This document shows, piece after piece, positions 25,157 to 37,887 of a stretch of 64,000 bases of DNA; position 1 is the stretch's first letter, and the number at the start of each line of letters is the position of its first letter. Source of the stretch: Podarcis pityusensis (taxonomy: Eukaryota). The stretch is from assembly GCA_964106645.2 (NCBI GenBank), contig OZ067043.1, one strand, 5' to 3'. Made by a program: the position numbers and the translations under genes. The notes under the pieces were generated by a model. The model had not been told where the DNA came from. It made no database searches and was given only the letters and a program-made list of their open reading frames with translations.

Positions 25157-26027
25157 GTAGGTTGACTTCTGTAGAGTATATAGCACTGCTTTTTATCATT
25201 TTTAACACCTTATTTACAGCACCACAGTTTAGGTCAGGATCCTGTTGTGGGAGGGAGAAAGATGATTTGGAGTTAGCTTCTACATTTGCTACTAGAATTT
25301 CAATGTCTTATTCACAAGTGTTGCATCACATGGTTGCTGCAAGTCTTTGACCACGCTGTTACAGCCTGCTTCTTTAAGGCTGAGTTTTAATGGCGTGGTT
25401 AAGTTGTGTCACCCAGGCACACAGGAAACTCCTTTATAATTCCGCTCTGCGTAGTGGAACAATTGTATCACAGATGGTGGTCAGCACTTCTGAATTCAAT
25501 CCAAGTTCTGAAATAAAATGGGACTTCTTATAATTTCACTCCTACCAAAATCTATTCATCTTCCTTCCTGATAGCCCTTTAATGTATAATAACAAAACAT
25601 TTATTTTGTTTTGGGTTGCCATTTCAAAGACTTTTAATACTAATTTCAGTAAGCAGTTTCACAATAGTAAAATAGTTGCAAGGAAAGGTTTTTTTGTCAT
25701 TGTACACAAGAATAAATCTGTACCACTGAATGATATAAAATCACTTCTTAATTTGCAGTGTAAATAATATTCATAGGAACTGGGCTCCCCACTGGTATAA
25801 GCTGATGTAGTGGAACTAATAAAAGTTTGGAAAGTGGATTCTCAAATCTTCCAATCAACGTGGTGGACATAGTATGCTTGTGAAAACTTTACTACATTAG
25901 GTTGTTAGAAAGAAGGTTATTTTGGAGGAGATTCTTCAATGATTAGGGCTAATTTTACAGCAATTTCAAGGCAAATCTGCTTTGAATTACTTGGTTGATC
26001 ATGATTCCCCCCTCAACTCCCAAACAG

Positions 26028-26159
26028 GCCCGTCAGAGGGAGAAAATGAATGAGGAACACAACAAGCGGCTGTCTGATACTGTGGATAGACTGCTGAGTG
26101 AGTCCAATGAGCGGCTTCAACTTCATTTGAAAGAACGGATGGCAGCCCTTGAAGAGAAG
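26028..26159 (+). CDS. PPFIA4: coding exon 10 (ARQREKM...ALEEK)
   Basis: aaacag| ... AAG|gtatgt, 132 nt. Confidence 0.96.
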
Positions 26160-27363
26160 GTATGTATGTATTAGACACCTCATAAAATTAGCTCTATGGG
26201 TGTCATACACAACTGGCTTTTTTGCCATGCTATGTTTAAGATTGAAAAGATAATTTTGCTGACAGTCAGGATTTGACTGGAATGTTGGGGCCATCCTAAA
26301 AAGAAACTGAGATCATAGCTATTATTGATCAATTAATTCCAACTATTGAGTCAGGCCCAAGATTCTTTTTAAAATGAATGTTAGCAAAATACTTTTGCCT
26401 ATAGAGTAGAGCAGTGGTTCCCAATTGGTGGTTGCTGACCCCAAGGGGTCCGCATAACCCATCCAGAGGGTCTGTGACACTACTCATGTGTAACAAAAAC
26501 TAGCATAGAGATAACAAAAATTTCCTAAGTAGGGGGTCCATGGGTTGGCTTGGCTTAGCAACTGGAAGCCATAAGTAGAGGATCTTACAGACTGATTTTG
26601 CAGAGAAGGCCTCTTTTGCTGCCTTGGGCTCTGCTGGTCCCTTTGCATCTTCCTTTGGGCTTAGTGTATTCTAACTAATTCTAAGGGATAGAGGATTGCA
26701 CTGATGGCTTCTTGAATGATTTGTTGGTACAATTTAACTGGCTGCTGCAATAAATGTGGAACAAAATTTTGGCTTTTAGGATGCTCTTGTGTGAGATCAA
26801 GTCTCAGCTACCTACATCTTCATGTATTGGCATCTAAGTATTTGTAGTGGTATCAAAAAGCCATTGTTCATTGAGGATGGATGGATAATTGGTTGGATGG
26901 GTGGGAAGATTTTTAAAATGTTTTTGTTGCTTTACTGTGCCAAATTATTAGCTCATGTGCATGGTTTTGAAGGGGCAGTCTAGCCTGTACTTTTGAGATC
27001 AGTACTGCTGTAATGGCAAAGGGTCTATAAATATTTGTTAGTAATTTAGATGGCACAGATATTGATTCACTTCCTACCTCATACCTCAACTGAACCGTCT
27101 TAAGTGTCCCTACCACTTTCTTTTCCTTCTGCTAGTGTGTAGCAATTGTAATATCTATACTGTGTGAAGTTGGATCTTCACTGGGCCAACTTCAATGAGA
27201 ATAAGCTCCGTAAGAATCAATCACTCCATTCTCTTCTAATTATTATCATGTAGTTAGAGTGCAATGATGATCAGCTGCATTGCACATGTCAAAAATGTAA
27301 TAAAAAGAATGTCATAAAGAAAATAATCTTCGTTTGGTCTGTTGAGCTCTGATTGTGTTAGGC

Positions 27364-27871
27364 CAGGGGCTGCAAACCTTTTTGTACCCACAGGCACATT
27401 AAGAATTTTGAGAGTGTTCTGGGGGCACCAGACAAAACTTGCCTTCTGTGTGTGGTGCGGCATAATGCAAAATGGATGCCATGAGGAGGGGCATAACAGA
27501 GACAGCCACTCTGGACAACCTTATGCTTATCATAGAAAGTCAGCTCTGTAGTATTGGTTTTGATTGTGGAGTTCACACAATATTTATTTCATATGCGCAT
27601 ACGCTGATGCTGTTGCTGTCTGATAGCAACAAGGAGCAATTCTCAGTACTAGAAAAATACAGAAGATAGCAACACCACTCTCATTTCACAGAGTTCACTT
27701 TGTGGGTACCTGCACATTTTGCCCCATAACTTTCTGTCCAGGAGGGGTTGATACTTACCTAAAAATGAATAAATAAATAAAAGCTCAGAATGTGGGGCAC
27801 CTGTCCAGGAGCACCAGCAAAATTGTTTCCAGATGCTACGGTGCCTGCAGGTGCTGGGTTGATGACCCCTG
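27364..27871. mobile_element. hAT non-autonomous element
   Basis: TIR CAGGGGCTGCAAACC / GGTTGATGACCCCTG, TSD TGTTAGGC / TGTTAGTC (7/8). Confidence 0.8.
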
Positions 27872-28284
27872 TGTTAGTCATTCCATCTCAAAGGGTGGTT
27901 TGTTTTTTTTAAATGACTGTTGTGCTGGATATTCAGACATTAGTGACTTTGACAAGCTCTCCTCAAGGTCTATAGAAAGTATTCCTTGCTGCATTTACAA
28001 TTCATGGACCTGATTAGAACACCTATGCATTTTGAATGCTAACTTCAATTGTCTCAGTTCTTCTGTAACTAGAGTTGTTTAGCTCTTGGGGTGTGACAGG
28101 TTCCAAATTGCACAAAAGGGAGCCATAACAGCAGTCAGTGAGGCACAATTGCCTGGCTGAAATCTGCTAGGGAAAGACAGGGACTTCTTCAGTACAGTAC
28201 ATTTTCAGGGGTGGAATGCATTTTTGAAGCCTACCCATTTTCAGCTCTAGCTCTGCTTTGTTGCCAGTATGATAGAGACCTGAC

Positions 28285-28723
28285 CAGGGCCGTCTTTAGC
28301 AGATGCGGTGCCGGGGTGCAAATATCCGCTTAGCGCCCCCAAATTAACCATTGATAGTGGGGAAGGGTGCGAAGCTGCGCATTGCCAGCCATGGGAGGGA
28401 TGCGCAACTCTCTCCCATGCCGCTGCGGGAGAGCAATCCCCGCAGAGGCTTGGGAGGGAAGCTGCGCGGCTGCCAGCAATATAGTTAGCGGGGCGCAGCT
28501 TCCATCCTAAGCCTCTGCAGGGATCGCTCTCCTCCCGCGGAGGCTTGGGAGGCAAGCTGCACGCCCACCAGCCATATGGTTGACGGGACGCAGTTGGCGG
28601 GCGTGAAGGGAAAGGGGAGGCTGCCGGCAAAGCTGCACAGCTCCCCCACTGACTGGGGTGCCCCTGAGAGGCCGGCACCGTGGCACCATGCACCACTAAG
28701 CTGTATGGGGAAAGACGGCTCTG
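28285..28723. mobile_element. young GC-rich hAT element
   Basis: Perfect TSD GACCTGAC, TIR CAG(G/A)GCCGTCTTT, many intact CpGs. Confidence 0.9.
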
Positions 28724-30126
28724 GACCTGACTCACACCTCTTCATATTTTTTTAAGAATACACTTATTCTCTTTCTCCCCTCCCCCCCAGCATGGAAAAG
28801 GGAACAGAGGAAACTCCCATACAAGCAGTTAGGTGTATGGTCAGGTAACACACAAAACAACCATTAGGCTGAGCTCATCTCCTCTCTGAATTGCAAAAAG
28901 GTCCACCATGTAGGGATCTGCTCTATGGGAGGCAGCTTTTCTTCCTATCAACAAGGATAGCACTCAGTGCCATTTATAGCAAATTCTTCCTCTGTAGCTA
29001 ATGAGCCCAGAATTTAGGGCACCAGTGGGTCATTACCTCTTCCATTATCTCATTTATACTGGTGATTTTATGTGAGTTTAGGGAGTAATGCTGTGGGCTG
29101 AAATCCTAATTGTTTGACCATCTGGGAACCCCTCCTGTTCTACTGGTCTCAAGTTTAGAAACTTGGCATAAAGAACTTTCATTGGCTCAGATTTGTCACT
29201 GTCACATCTAAGTAGCCTTGAAGGTTCCCCAATACCATTTGCCTTTATTAATGCTAATAAAAATATTAAGTGCTTAATTTGTTTGTAAATTGGCACATTG
29301 CTGCCTTTGGAAATGCACAACAATTTTTAGGTTAGACTGGTATTATGTGCAGTATTACTGTACAGGAGTTTGTTTATTTTTTAAAAGACAGATTTCTGAT
29401 CTATTATCACATCAGATGGAATTCAGAATTAAGGTCAAACTGGCCATCAAATTTGGCACATAGACTTGGCATGCAATACTTTGGCATGCAAATTGTTCAT
29501 GCCATACTCCAGATCTGGCTCACCCCACCCCCAATTCTATTTTTTGAAAAACCTTGCTTGCTTTGCCTATCCACTTGACAAATATTGCATCTAGTTTAGC
29601 CTTCAGAGGCAGTTTTACTCCAAGGTAGCTCCTATCCATGTCTAACATTCTTTTTAGTGATTAGCAGTTAATTTTGGGCAGCCTCCCTAGAGGCTTATGT
29701 GAACACTTGTGGAGGGATCACTTCTACAATTATCTTTTGGACAATGCAGATGTCTGTTCTGATATATAGCTTTCAATCTCAATACTCAGAGTTCTCCAGA
29801 AAGCCAGTTGAACAGCTTTACTTAGAGACCCATATAGTCTCTTTGGTCCCTTGCTAAATGAGCATTCAGCCTGATTGGTTTGTGGAGAGATGAGACCACG
29901 TTGGTTTCTTAATGAGTGTTCAGTCTGATTTGTTTGTGGGGAGATTAGATGAATTGCATCAAGAAAGTGTTAACACACACTTTCCAGTGCATTTTTCTGT
30001 CATATTCCTTAACGCAAAAAGTTTGATCATTTGGGGAAGTGGATTTGTTTTCCAAGAGCTCCAATTTTAAATCAAATTTGAAACACCCTTTCTCTCTCTT
30101 GTAATTACTCACCTTTGCTTTTTAAG

Positions 30127-30189
30127 AACACATTATTACAAGAACTGGAAAATACCCAAAAACAAATAGAGGAGCAGCAGCATGACAAG
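30127..30189 (+). CDS. PPFIA4: coding exon 11 (NTLLQELENTQKQIEEQQHDK)
   Basis: ttttaag| ... AAG|gtaaat, 63 nt, AAG acceptor. Confidence 0.92.
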
Positions 30190-31099
30190 GTAAATGCCAC
30201 TCCGGGGAACTGTGGAAGGAGTGGCAAATATATTTGTTAAGTGCATTTTCGTTGCCTTGAAATTGCATGATCAGAAACTGTCAAATGGTTGTATCATGAT
30301 CACTATAAATAGTTTTATAGATCACTATAAATAGTTTTTTGCTTCCCTGCTGGGTCCTCTTTTAGAAGAGAAGCTGATCAAACTCTGTTCATTTCCAGTG
30401 AGCAGGATGTCCTCATAGAGGACTGAAGTGGTTCTGTTCTGCCCACAAACACTGCATTTTGGGCAGAATTTTAGTAGGGATAGGATCTTAGCTAAAAGGT
30501 AGTAAAGTAAACTGCAAATAACTCCCTTTGGAGTCCTCTCTAGTGTCATCTCAACATTTTAACTGGAAACCTTTCCGACCCCATTGCCCTTGCCAAAGTT
30601 CTTGTGCAGGCTTTGCTGGCAGGGCGCATTAATTGACTCCCACCCTTTGTATGGATGTAGCAGGACTACTTCACTCCCCTACCTTTAATAAGTGGACAAA
30701 AATTGCACTATATTGCATGATATTCTTGTTTATGGTATTGAGGCTTTCATTCAATGATTTTTAGGATAAGCCTTGGCTTTTTGGTCACTTCTGTTTACAG
30801 CTATAAATTTCTCACTGTTTACTAGCATGACCAAATACATTCTCTGAGCAACAACAGGAATACAATTAGTGTCCAAGTAGCATTCACTTGCTGCATGTAA
30901 CAGCCAACAACCAATAAGTGCCTGCTTTTCCCACACCCTTTTGTCTGCCTCTATGTCCCCTTATTCTCCCCTGCTTTCCCTTCAGCATGATAATCTACAA
31001 TTGCTGCATGACTTTTGACTTCACAGATGGTATGAAATGTGTGTGTTACCATAGTTGTACTGGCTATAGAGAAACTATTTCTTATTTTGTTGTGAACAG

Positions 31100-31191
31100 A
31101 GAAGGCTGTCAGATGAAATTGACAAATTGAGATTAGAAATTGACCAGTTAAAGACGAGAAGTGGATCTTTTCTTGACAGTGTACATACAAG
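31100..31191 (+). CDS. PPFIA4: coding exon 12 (RRLSDEIDKL...SVHTR)
   Basis: gaacag| ... AAG|gtgaga, 92 nt, ends in phase 2. Confidence 0.92.
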
Positions 31192-31721
31192 GTGAGAATA
31201 TTATTTATTTTTCATGGCAAATACCTCTGTGACAATTTGTTGTTGTTGTTATCATCATCATCATCCTAATCATTTATTAAATTTGTATACCTCCCTTCAT
31301 CTGAAGATCCCAGGCCAGTTCATAACAGAAAAATACAAAATAAAACAAACACAAACCAATGACCCCACATACTGATGGGAGGGGGGTTGTCTCTCTGAAC
31401 CAATGCCTCAGCTTGTGTTGCTGTATCTACAGACTTTTCATTGATGTTTCTCACATCCCAGAGTTCTTCACATTGAGGCAGAATGTGCAATCAGGTGGGC
31501 TGCATTTATTGAAACTTGTAAAAATGTTCTTGGCAAAATTTTAGTTTTGGCCTCTGTAACTTTGATAGATGCTGCTGAAATTGAAGGGCTACCAGAGCCC
31601 AAGTGGCTGTGTCACAAATTGTTTTCATCTTAATGACAACTAAAACATAGGTCTTCTGCATACCTGACAGTTGTATCATAGCCTGATTTCTGGTGGTCCA
31701 GCTGGGTTTTAGCTGCACAGT

Positions 31722-31846
31722 TCATAGAATAGAATTGTAGAATTGGATGGGACCCTGAGGGTATCTAGTACAACTGCCTGCAATGCAGGAATCTTTTGCC
31801 TGACATCTGGCTCGAACCTACAATCTGAGATTAAAAGTCTGATGCT
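31722..31846 (-). mobile_element. tRNA(Lys)-like-headed SINE with CR1-type tail, 5' truncated
   Basis: Reverse complement reads AGCATCAGACTTTTAATCTCAG...GGTTCGAGCC...ATTCCTGCATTGCAGG...TCTACAATTCTATTCTATGA. Confidence 0.8.
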
Positions 31847-32355
31847 GTTGGGGATCCTGGACATCTGAACAGGAACACTGCAGACTGCTATGTTTTGTTG
31901 CAAGTCCTTCTTGCAAATAACGCAAAAGAAGCTTTCCCATTCTCTCCTGCCTCTTCAAATGCTAAACTGGCCTAATAAAATTTATCTGAAAGCAAAATCT
32001 GACTCTTTGCTATCACTGTGTGATCCAGTAGAGGGTGCAATTACACAACAGGCCAGTAAAATAGATAAGACAGCAAGCACCTGCAGTGCTCTAGCTACCA
32101 GTGTTTTGCTTTTGTTTTGGAGCCTCACTGGTAAATAGGAAGAATGACCTCTCCAATGGGCATCTGTTCTCTTCGCACATTACATGTTTCATATCTTGAT
32201 AGTACTTCAGTTTATAAAACAGGGTGAAATTCAAACCTGTATTTTTAACAGGGAACTTTGGTGTGTTTCATTTTGTACCTGATTATCTTGCTAAAGTTTA
32301 TTTAGTCAGTACACTGTGGTCTTAAATGTTACCTGTCTTAAACCTCTGTAATTTA

Positions 32356-32973
32356 CCGTATTTTTCACACCATAGGACGCACCGGACAATAGGACGCACT
32401 TTGTTTTAGAGGGGGGAGAACAAGAAAAAAAAATTCTCCCCCTCTCTGCCCAGCGCCCCTTCAGTGAAGTGGCAGGAGGCGCTGTGCAGAGAGGGGGAGA
32501 ACTTTCCCCCTCTTGTTTTCCTGCTCTAAAACAAGGTGCCGTTTAAGGTGCGTTCAGACGGCTACCTTGGAAGCCTGGAGAGCGAGAGGTGTCGGTGTGC
32601 ACTGACCCCTCTCGCTCTCCAGGCTTCAGGTTCCTTTCGACCTGCTCTTTGGGGCTGACGGGGGGAAGCCCACCACCAGCCCCAAAGAGCAGGTCAGGGA
32701 GCAGCGGAAAGGCGCAGCGGAGAGGCTCCTGCCATAGCCGCGCGTCACCTCTCCAGCCGGGAGAGGGTCGCGGGGGGCTGCTTTAGCCCCACGAGTGCTC
32801 TCCCGGCTGGAGAGGTGACGCGCGGCTATAGAGGCTCCTGCCATAGCCGCGCGTCACCTCTCCAGCCGGGAGAGGGTCGCGGGGCTATGGCGTCTTCGCT
32901 CCATAGGACGCACACACATTTCCCCTTCATTTTTGAAGGGGAAAAAGTGCGTCATATAGAGCGAAAAATACGG
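32356..32973. mobile_element. Tc2/pogo-like MITE with multi-hairpin interior
   Basis: TA TSD, TIR CCGTATTTTTC(A/G)C...GACGCAC, GC-rich with intact CpGs. Confidence 0.9.
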
Positions 32974-33861
32974 TAATCTAAAATAAATATTGATCCTCAG
33001 GTATTGTCTTTTGATTGCAACCTTTAATAGGTTTAGTGGACACAGTAACCTTTAGTAGGTTGTCTACGCCATTGTGCTAATCCTGCTCTTAGTGGACACT
33101 CTGCACCTTTTGTGGTGGCCCATGGCTCCTTCAATCCTTGGCATGTCCAATTAAAGATTCTCCAATAAGCAAGCTGTTGAGAGAACTCTTCCTGTGATGC
33201 TGAAGATAAAGTAGTATTGGGCTAGATGGACTATTGGTATGATTTGGAATAATGCAGCTCTGAATGGAATTTGTGTTGTCTTTGACAGTCATGTGATTGC
33301 TACAGTGAACACATTGTTGCAGTTCAGCCCGCATTTACCCTGTATGTATGTAACCCATTTTTAAAGTAACTTCACTGTGGAATTATCAAATCAGCATTAC
33401 TGCTGCGAGTGCTGTGTTTAACCATGACTATTCATGCAAATTGACTTACAAGCCAGGAAAAAAGGGATGATGGTGAGAAAAGAAAGTTGAAGCTGTATTG
33501 TAAAGGAAAGCCATTGGAACTGTCGTGCCGAGTCTTGCTAACCCTTGTAATCCGTAATCTGTGAAACTGTAATCTTCAGAGAAAAACCACAAGCCCTGTA
33601 ATGTGCTGTGTTGTCTGATCACAGTTTCTGGTAATAAGAGGCATACAGACATAGTTGAATATGTGGCTGTTATGTTCATATATAACAACATGTTCTGCTT
33701 TTTTATGAGATAAGGAAGAAAAGTAAGATGAAATATGAAATCATGTCACTTCACTCCTAATCCATCACTGGTGGCAGTCTCTTCATTGGCAGAAAAGAGA
33801 TGATATCCCTTCCATGTACACTTATCATTGCTTGTTCAAACAGCCTACTGACAGATCCCCG

Positions 33862-33955
33862 ACAGCCTAATCCTTTGCATATCTGTTCAGAAGTAAGCCC
33901 CACTGAGGTAATTGGGGCTTGCTTCCAGGTAAATATTGTGTAGGATTGCAGCCTG
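33862..33955. mobile_element. short palindromic MITE-like repeat
   Basis: CAGCCTAATCCT...AGGATTGCAGCC arms. Related copy at ~48065-48148. Confidence 0.5.
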
Positions 33956-35867
33956 AATTCTCTACACTGTTCAGCCATTATGGATTGAATTCAGCCTCTT
34001 TTGTCTGAATCATGCCTAGTTTAAGGAACACCTGGCACGTTTTTCTTTCCCCTGCTTTGCAGAGGTGGATACTATGTCCCCTTACTGCTTTCTCCAAGCA
34101 GAACAAAATACTGGAGTTTGAAGGAGGAAAGTGAAACACTATTGTCTTTCACCTTCTCACATCAATTACTCTTGAATATGTTCCTACTAATGGTCCGTTT
34201 TTGTGTCCAGGTTCCATACACTCTGTAAATTATTCATTTAGCCACAGGAGTGTGCAGTCTTACATTACATGTATTGTACTATGAGGGGATTTTACAATGA
34301 TTTCTCTCCCCCCCCCATGGTTTCTCACAGGCCCCTAACTTCTTCAAACACCATTGTTTGAATACCTGGGGTTTCAATGATGATTTTCATATTCTGCTAT
34401 TAACCTTAGCAATCTAGAATAACTTCTTGTTTAGGGATATGCTGCAAAATAAACCATAGCAGTCTTTTTGAGCCAAAGGGTGAATGGAAGGGTAGATGGG
34501 ACTGAAACTGGCTCTGTAGCTTTTGCTACAGGATGTGTCCTTGTATTTCAGAGGCAGATAATTGTGTTGGATTCTCCCTCACCCCCCAATATCCTGGAAC
34601 ACTGGAGTGCTCAAATGATAGGGCTGGAAAGTACTGCACCCACTGGGGATCTCAGCTGTCACTTTCACTTTGATCTCCTTCTCTCCAGACTGAAATGAGG
34701 CTCTTAGGCTCAGCCAGTGTGATGAGAGATGGCTTGGTAGCCTGTATGTGAGCCTGGTGTGGCATGTGATAAGCTTGGCATATAACATTTAAAATATTAC
34801 TTGAGTATGATTTTAAATTTCAAAAGTGTGTGTGTGTGCACTGTCACACACATGTACTTTAATAAGAGACCCTGCATTTAAAGCTTGCTTCTAAAGAACT
34901 GAAACTTAATACCCTTTCAATTGACCTGGTGGGCTTGCATTAAACTTTAAGTAGAAAATTATGAGCTGCTTATTACTTGCTAATCAACGGAATGCTTCTT
35001 TCATATTCAGGGTCAAGTTCTTCAAAGTTTGGATTGTCACATCCTGCACTCTCTTAAGTGCTTGTTTAGCTATATATATTGGCCTCTGTCCAACAAGAAG
35101 GGACATTGAAATGGGTGTTGCACATGTGTTTCCCAGCAATGAAGAGATTGTGGAGCAAGATCTTGAATACCACTCATCATCTATTTGGAGGAAATGGAGG
35201 TTTCCTTCCTTGACTGATGATTGGCAGCACTCTAACTCCAACTTAGTGATTGCTATTTAAAGTCTGTTGTGGCATTTGTTTTAAGCTTCTTGTGACTACT
35301 TTAAATTATTTTGTTATAGAGTAAAAAGCATTGTAAAAAAATGAACTCCTGGAATGTTCTTTTCACCCTTGGGAATCAGGGCGCTACCGAATAGCTTGCT
35401 TTCCTGATTTTACTGAGGGAAGGTCACTGGTTTTCTTTAAAAGTAGAACTAAATTCAAGGTGTTTTATTTACCAAGGGATGGACCTGTGTTGACCAGAAC
35501 TGTACCCTGTTCCCCACCCAGTTTGGATTTCCCTGGTACTGGCTATGGACCCACATTGCTGTCTGAATATCAGTTATCCAAAACTACATTCACTGTTCAT
35601 CCTTGTATGGACTTCCTGTTTTTCCAGACTTATGATTAGTTGAATATTTTGGCTGTGAGACAATGATAGCATACTGTGTTTCTCAGTGTGTGTTGCGTTA
35701 TACTGTTAGTATCTGAAATTACACTCTATTTTTAGACTGGTGGTTAAAAAGACAAGTAAAAAATATTAAAACTATTTATTACATATTATCCCCATTAAAC
35801 AAAACTAAATGATGCTATTTTTATTTACTTAGGACTTTTCTCCTCTCCCCCTCTTTTTTTTTTGTAG

Positions 35868-36009
35868 GTCGCTTGTTGGAAGTACTCCAGACCTCAGGTA
35901 TCCCCTGAGTACTATTGTCCATGCACCAGCCGAGCCCTTTGGAGCACCCTCCAGTCTTCACCGGGCACCAAAGAGCCGATTTACAACTCTGCGGGAAGAC
36001 CCCTCCAAG
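35868..36009 (+). CDS. PPFIA4: coding exon 13 (SLVGSTPDLRY...REDPSK)
   Basis: long polypyrimidine tract + gtag| ... AAG|gtaaag, 142 nt, restores phase 0. Confidence 0.92.
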
Positions 36010-37681
36010 GTAAAGCTCCTGATGTTTGCCTTGCTCCAGCTAATCTTTAGCGGGCAGCTCCAGTTACGCCTGTATCTTGGAGCATATCACAAAATCTTTG
36101 TGATGGCAGCAGCTGCAGCAGCTGTCCTGCGCCTTTAAACGAGGGGCTTTGGCCTTTCACTCGGCAGTAACAGCTGCAGACCTAAACCCCTTCTGAAGGA
36201 AAGAGACTCCCTGTTGTGTAGAAAGGCCACTGGATGGTGGCCAGGATAGTACTTATTTGATGGGCTTCTGCAGAGGATGGTGAGATGAAGTTTCAAAGGT
36301 CTTTGCTATGCTGTGAAATCTGGGCAAGAAAGAAGCCTTATGCCTTACTGCTTAGTTGGAGCGTATACTTGTATTGTTATACAGTAATTACTCTTAGAAG
36401 CCACAGGACTTGCTTGAATACTATAGATGTAGCTACATGTTGAGAAGAAAGAGAATGTGTTGCATATCATCCCTTTAAGGACCACTTTCAAGCTTGAATG
36501 CACCTTGAATTCACTTAAGTTTTGTTTTAGTGGACGTGGCTCAATTCAGTCCATTTAAAACAGGCAAAAGTCAAAGTGTGAACACCTTGGTGAATTTTGT
36601 TTGTTTGTTTCAAGGGTGGATAGATGTAGTATCTGCCTTTTTCCCATCAGGAAACTCAAGTTAGTGAGTGTATTATTGGAAGAGTTCAAAGGACCAATTA
36701 CCATAGTTGCAGAGTATAGGGAACAAGGATTTTCTTGTTAAGCTCTAGTGAATCTAGTGTTAAGTTCCTCAACTTTGGATCTCTAGATGTTCAATTTCAA
36801 CCCCAGCCCAGTATGTCCAATGGTCAGAGATGATGGGAGTTGTAGTCCTACATCAAATAGTAAACCAAATATGGGAAGACTACTCTAGTGTAATGAATTT
36901 ACAGCTCTGTATGGAGCTCACAAATACAGTTAGAGAATGGGCAACTATGAAATTAATAGCAGAGACATGGATACTGTAGAAAAATTAGTTGCTTATTCTT
37001 TTGGGAGCAAACTGTCATATTTATGCTGAGATTTAAATAGTAGACTGTTATGTGTACTGTATATCAAAATGTTTTATTGACACTTAAAACCATGTTTTGC
37101 ATGATGTTCTGGCAGACTATAAATTGTGTTTTTGTTCTTTAACAATATGTGGTCCAGACAAAGCAACATACCAGTACTGCTTGCTTACTTTGAGATGGTT
37201 TAGTAAGCCTACGGAACGTCTTTCTACACAGTTATTTAAAGGCATGCTGCTGACCTGTATCAAATATGGCAACTCCAACGCTATAGCAAGCCATTCCCAG
37301 ACTGCATTAAACAAAAGAAACTATGTTTCTCTTAGCCATTTCTCTGGCCTTCCATTTACACTTTGCTCTATTGTAGCCAAGTGAATGCCAATGAAGGCTG
37401 CTTAATCCACTAAATAATTTCCTTAAGTCCTCCTGATGCTGCTATACCTTTCAAAAGTTGGAGCTTTTCAGAGGAACAAATCCAAACTCCCGTAAGTTCT
37501 AGTCTCAGCATAGTTTTGTCAAGGTTGGCTAGGTGAAATCACCCATAGCCCAGGATAAATGGAAGGTCCTTCATTTCAGAGTACAGCTATGGGAAATGGC
37601 ATTCTTCCTTTTGGCTCCTTCTTATTGGAGTTTTAACATGGTGGTGGTTGCATGAGTTATTTTGTGGTTTTATGTATTCAG

Positions 37682-37887
37682 GATTGGGACCTTGCTCAGC
37701 CAGGTGGGGTCCTTGCCGCTACATCTCACACCTTTGACAGTGACCCAGAGATCTCTGATGTTGATGAGGATGATCGGGAGACTGTGTTTAGTTCCATGGA
37801 CATGCTGTCTCCAAGCGGTCACTCTGATGCCCAGACCCTTGCTATGATGCTGCAGGAACAGCTTGATGCCATCAATGAGGAGATCAG
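37682..37887 (+). CDS. PPFIA4: coding exon 14 (DWDLAQ...AINEEIR)
   Basis: ttcag| ... CAG|gtatgg, 206 nt. Confidence 0.95.

Noticed and set aside
34211-34230. Possible microexon ccag|GTTCCATACACTCT|gtaaat
   Set aside because: 14 nt would frameshift, the donor is weak and there is no homology support.
35868-35873. Recursive site at the start of exon 13 (AAG|GTCGCT)
   Set aside because: Poor donor match, and the exon is not frame-symmetric.
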